Positions 7,478-10,514 of a stretch of DNA of 10,514 nucleotides are shown here, piece by piece. Within the stretch, counting starts at the first letter, position 1, and every line of letters starts with the position of its first letter. A program made the translations under genes and the position numbers. The notes below the pieces were generated by a model that was not told the origin of the DNA, did not search any database, and was given only the letters and a program-made list of their open reading frames with translations. The stretch is taken from NCBI GenBank assembly GCA_964549305.1, contig CAZJVM010000080.1, forward strand, positions 1 to 10,514. The letters run 5' to 3'. This DNA is from an uncultured bacterium. Its GTDB lineage: Bacteria; Schekmanbacteria; GWA2-38-11; J061.

Positions 7478-8104
7478 TCATTCCTCAATCAAAACTGCGC
7501 GCACCGGCGCGCCTTCCCGTCCCTCGAGATTGAGCGGAAACGCTGAAAGAGTGTAATTTCCGGGTTTTATTTCGGTAAGATTCAACCCTTCAAGCAGAAC
7601 CATATTATTGGACAAAAAAACATCGTGCGCGGGATGCGCTTCATTTCCGAATTGCTCTACGGATAGATAATCAAGCCCTGCAAGTCTGACTCCGCAGTCA
7701 ACGAGATATTGGGCTGATTTGCCCGTAAAAAAAACATATTTTTTATTGAAGTGCTTCTGTTTCCAGAGTCTGGAATTTCTTGTTTTAAAGAGAACTCTTT
7801 TTTCGCCTTCAATTTTAAGTTTACGCAAATCCTTCACATTAATCTGCTTTTCACAATCAAGCTCGAAGACCGCCGCTTTTCCGTAAAAAATTTTAACATC
7901 GAGTTTGTCAACGGTTTTGCCTTTGTTAATGAAATGGAAAGGAGCATCTATATGCGTGCCGGAATGCGCGCTCATTATGAGTTTTGTAAGGTTGCACTCA
8001 TCGCCCTTGTCGATTCTGCTTTTAAACCTCATTTTTACCTTAGGGTCCGTTGGCCATCCAATCATCTTTTCACGGACAGGAAGCGAAATATCGTAGATTT
8101 TCAT
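7478..8104 (-). CDS. Cyclase-family metal-dependent amidohydrolase (kynurenine formamidase/arylformamidase-like), about 208 aa
   Basis: HxGTHxDxPxH motif (HSGTHIDAPFH), GLDYLSV, LLEGLNL and EGAPVRAVL. Start re-called to ATG 8104 (MKIYDISL), which matches the family N-terminus and lies ~10 nt downstream of GGGGGA. ATG 8113 is an alternative; the ORF-track start at 8161 is a TTG that gives an unlikely extension. Confidence 0.9.
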   Translation of the reverse strand: MKIYDISLPVREKMIGWPTDPKVKMRFKSRIDKGDECNLTKLIMSAHSGTHIDAPFHFINKGKTVDKLDVKIFYGKAAVFELDCEKQINVKDLRKLKIEGEKRVLFKTRNSRLWKQKHFNKKYVFFTGKSAQYLVDCGVRLAGLDYLSVEQFGNEAHPAHDVFLSNNMVLLEGLNLTEIKPGNYTLSAFPLNLEGREGAPVRAVLIEE

Positions 8105-8326
8105 TTTTTTCATTCCCCCGTAGAAAAAAGCGCGCAATGCGTAAACCGGGATGAAGCCCAATTATTAAAAAATAACCTGCTTCACATATCTATTTTTAAC
8201 TTTGACACAAGATAAAAGTCAATTCATTTGAAGAGAGAAACATATCAACAACATTTTTGCAGAGGGCAGAGCGCTGTGCCTGCCACATATATGGAAAACA
8301 ACAGTTAATGACAAAAAAAGAAATGA

Positions 8327-8569
8327 TTACCCGCCTGCAACGGGCGGAAATATTGCGACGCGGTCGCCTTCCTTCAGAATGCAATCCAACTCCGCGTGGA
8401 CACCGTTCACTATAATAATTTTTGTCTCTTCGACGGGGATTTCGAGCCTTTTCAGGAGAGATTCGATAGATGTACTCTCATCGATTTCAATAGTGTTCCC
8501 TTTTTTCAAATCCTGGCCGGGAACATATTTTTGGAGTGTGGCATAAACTCTTACTTCTATCTGAGACAT
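8327..8569 (-). CDS. moaD: MoaD/ThiS family ubiquitin-like sulfur carrier, about 80 aa
   Basis: IEVRVYATL N-terminus, IIIVNG, and LKEGDRVAIFPPVAGG with terminal Gly-Gly. Start re-called to ATG 8569 because the longer ORF (8635) runs through the terminator hairpin. Adjacent to aor. Confidence 0.9.
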   Translation of the reverse strand: MSQIEVRVYATLQKYVPGQDLKKGNTIEIDESTSIESLLKRLEIPVEETKIIIVNGVHAELDCILKEGDRVAIFPPVAGG

Positions 8570-8597
8570 TGCCCTTTTTTCCTTCTTGCTCTGATTG

Positions 8598-8634
8598 AAA
8601 AAAATGCCTGCCGTCAAAAGGAAGACGGCAGGCA
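8598..8634 (-). terminator. Rho-independent terminator downstream of aor
   Basis: On the - strand: TGCCTGCCGTC-TTCCTTTT-GACGGCAGGCA (perfect 11-bp stem, 8634-8624/8615-8605) followed directly by T7 (8604-8598), starting 13 nt after the aor stop. Confidence 0.9.
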
Positions 8635-8647
8635 CGAAATTAATCTC

Positions 8648-10384
8648 TTACAGCTCACCCCAAACTTTGTCGAGCTCTTCGCCGCTTATACCGAATTTTA
8701 TATTGTGAGGGGGACAATCTTCAGTTTCAAAGAATTCCGGAAGTCTGTCGTCTTCTTTGGTGAATCCAGCCGCTTCGTTAAACTTCCTCTCTATTCTTAT
8801 AACCTCTTTTCCCATTTCAATCAGGTCAGGCACCGTTGCCGAACATCCATACTGAGCATTTATCATATCCGCGATTGCCGGCAAACCTCTTTCATCATCA
8901 AGGCAGGCAATAGCCACAAAGAGACAAAGTCCCGTTGCATCAACTGCCGCAGTTGCAACCTGCATATCTCTTGCGCAGTCAATCTGTCCTTCTGTTTTGA
9001 GAGGGTCGATATCTCCGCCAACCTTGAGGATATTCTGACAAACTGAGTATCCTGCCGTGTGGTCTGCGCCCATTGTGCTTGTGGCGTATGTTACGCCTAT
9101 TCCTTTAACGGTTCTTGGGTCGTATGCCGGCAGAGCCTGTCCTTTTACTACGGGAACTCTCGTTATGCCGTATTTTTTGCCTGTAACGGCGGCGCCCTGT
9201 CCGATTACTCTTCCAACTTCCGACTTCTTTCCCACTTCTTCGAGAAGCTTGATGAATGAAGCGCCGTTGCCCCATTCCGCCAATCCCGCTTCAGCGGCAA
9301 CTGCAAGAGTAACTCCTGCTTCAATAGTATCAATACCTACATCGTTACAAATCCTGTTCATCATTGCAACATCATCAAGATTGTCAACTTCAATATTTCC
9401 TCCGAGTGACCATGCAGTTTCATACTCTACCGGAGCACAAAGTGATTTTCCGTCCTTATCAGGATAAATATTGGAACATCTTATTACGCACCCGGGATGG
9501 CAAACGTGCGTTGCCTTGCCTTCGCCTCCGCGCTCCTTGCAGACCTCCGCAATCTTTTCACCGCTTATATTTGCAGCTGTTTCAAATCTTCCATTCCTGA
9601 AATTCTTTGTTGGAAATCCGCCTGCCTCGTTAAGGATATTTACAAGAACAGCAGTTCCGTAGTTTGGAAGCGCTTCGCCCGTAACGGGATGTTTGAGGAG
9701 AACCTGGCTGAATGTCTTTGCAGCTTCTTTGAATTTCTCTTCATCTTTAACAGGAACTTTATCAGCGCCTGTATCATCAACAACAATTGCCTTAAGGTTT
9801 TTTGACCCCATAACAGCACCAAGACCGCCTCTTCCGGCAAATCTTCCTGAACCGCCTTCAGGGTCAGAAACAGAAATTCCTGCATTAGCCATTTTTTCTT
9901 CACCTGCAGGACCGATATTTATTATACCTGCCTTATTGTACTGTCCCTGCAATGTGCTTACCGTTTCATAAGTTCCTTTGCCTGTAAGGTCTCCCGCATC
10001 TACGAGTTCCGCCGAATCTTTTTTCACTACGAGAACTTTAAATGCGTCATCCTTCGGCGCGCCTTCGACAATTATCGCCTTGACATTGTTGCGAGCGAGC
10101 TTCTGGCTTGCCGTACCGCCTACATTCGATTCCTTTATTGTGCCCGTCAATGGGCTTTTACCGCCGAAGGACATTCTCCCCGAACATGCTGCTGCCGTGC
10201 CGCTTAACACACCGGGAGCGGCAATGAGCTTGTTCTCCGGTCCCAGCGGATCGCATTTTGGCGAAATTTCATCTAAAACAACTCTCGATGTAAGACTTCT
10301 GCCGCCGAGCATACTATACTTTTCAGGACACTTTTCTTCACTAACCTGACCGGTACCTACATCAACCCTGATAATTCTATCCAT
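8648..10384 (-). CDS. aor: Aldehyde:ferredoxin oxidoreductase family protein (tungstopterin + [4Fe-4S]), 578 aa
   Basis: DPLGPENKL, KSPLTG.IKESN.GG, GRGGLGAVMGSKNLKAI, EYET, DVGIDTIE, YDPR, GADH and DDRLP motifs. Fe-S ligands C295/C299/C303 plus distal GLC487. SD GGGGG 7 nt upstream of the ATG. Confidence 0.96.
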   Translation of the reverse strand: MDRIIRVDVGTGQVSEEKCPEKYSMLGGRSLTSRVVLDEISPKCDPLGPENKLIAAPGVLSGTAAACSGRMSFGGKSPLTGTIKESNVGGTASQKLARNNVKAIIVEGAPKDDAFKVLVVKKDSAELVDAGDLTGKGTYETVSTLQGQYNKAGIINIGPAGEEKMANAGISVSDPEGGSGRFAGRGGLGAVMGSKNLKAIVVDDTGADKVPVKDEEKFKEAAKTFSQVLLKHPVTGEALPNYGTAVLVNILNEAGGFPTKNFRNGRFETAANISGEKIAEVCKERGGEGKATHVCHPGCVIRCSNIYPDKDGKSLCAPVEYETAWSLGGNIEVDNLDDVAMMNRICNDVGIDTIEAGVTLAVAAEAGLAEWGNGASFIKLLEEVGKKSEVGRVIGQGAAVTGKKYGITRVPVVKGQALPAYDPRTVKGIGVTYATSTMGADHTAGYSVCQNILKVGGDIDPLKTEGQIDCARDMQVATAAVDATGLCLFVAIACLDDERGLPAIADMINAQYGCSATVPDLIEMGKEVIRIERKFNEAAGFTKEDDRLPEFFETEDCPPHNIKFGISGEELDKVWGEL

Positions 10385-10470
10385 ACATAATCCCCCTTCG
10401 ATTTAGATTATATAAAACAACAAAAACTTTTATGGCCCTAAAAACAAAAAGTCGAATGAACACTCGGTAT

Positions 10471-10499
10471 TTAATAATAGAAAAGCCATACGTCGTCAA
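10471..10499 (-). promoter_or_regulatory. candidate sigma70-type promoter for aor
   Basis: TTGACG (10499-10494), 17-bp spacer, TATTAA (10476-10471). The -10 box lacks the conserved last T, so this is tentative. Confidence 0.35.
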
Positions 10500-10514
10500 G
10501 ATATTTCTGAATAT

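Noticed and set aside
2936-8104. Mycofactocin/RiPP-like reading (radical SAM + GT2 + amidohydrolase + FMN protein)
   Set aside because: No credible precursor peptide or PqqD/RRE protein. The radical SAM has only five auxiliary Cys, and the hydrolase and FMN protein are of different folds from MftE/MftD and are separated by unrelated genes.
8196-8384. Small Cys-containing - strand ORF (62 aa, or 30 aa from ATG 8288) as a possible precursor peptide
   Set aside because: It overlaps moaD out of frame, has no SD before the internal ATG, and runs across probable promoter and hairpin sequence.
8396-10349. Long + strand ORFs opposite aor/moaD (8396-9046, 9057-9467, 9978-10349 and others)
   Set aside because: They are antisense shadows of a clearly conserved gene, with no recognisable motifs or SD. 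The same applies to 4529-5089, 5142-5525, 6008-6391 and 7751-8215.

Overview
Bacterial chromosomal window, probably from an anaerobe given the tungsten-type AOR, with sigma70-type promoters. On the + strand are a tRNA-His(GTG) gene with its promoter and a large GT-C (PMT/ArnT-like) membrane glycosyltransferase with a C-terminal soluble domain. On the - strand, reading right to left, are aldehyde:ferredoxin oxidoreductase (aor), a strong intrinsic terminator, a MoaD/ThiS sulfur carrier and a ~220 bp intergenic region. These are followed by seven tightly packed genes: cyclase/KynB-like amidohydrolase, FMN-binding split-barrel protein, 2-TM K+ channel with RCK domain, CcdA, membrane-anchored GT2, radical SAM enzyme with a Twitch/SPASM-like tail, and a DPM1-like GT2. 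The last of these converges on the GT-C gene with only 5 bp between stop codons. The best candidate for an uncharacterised system is the GT2 / radical SAM / DPM1-like GT2 / GT-C cluster, which looks like a lipid-linked-sugar surface glycosylation pathway with a radical tailoring step. That function is inferred, not shown. No integrase, transposase, CRISPR array or att duplication was seen. All family calls come from motif recognition by eye, with no database search.
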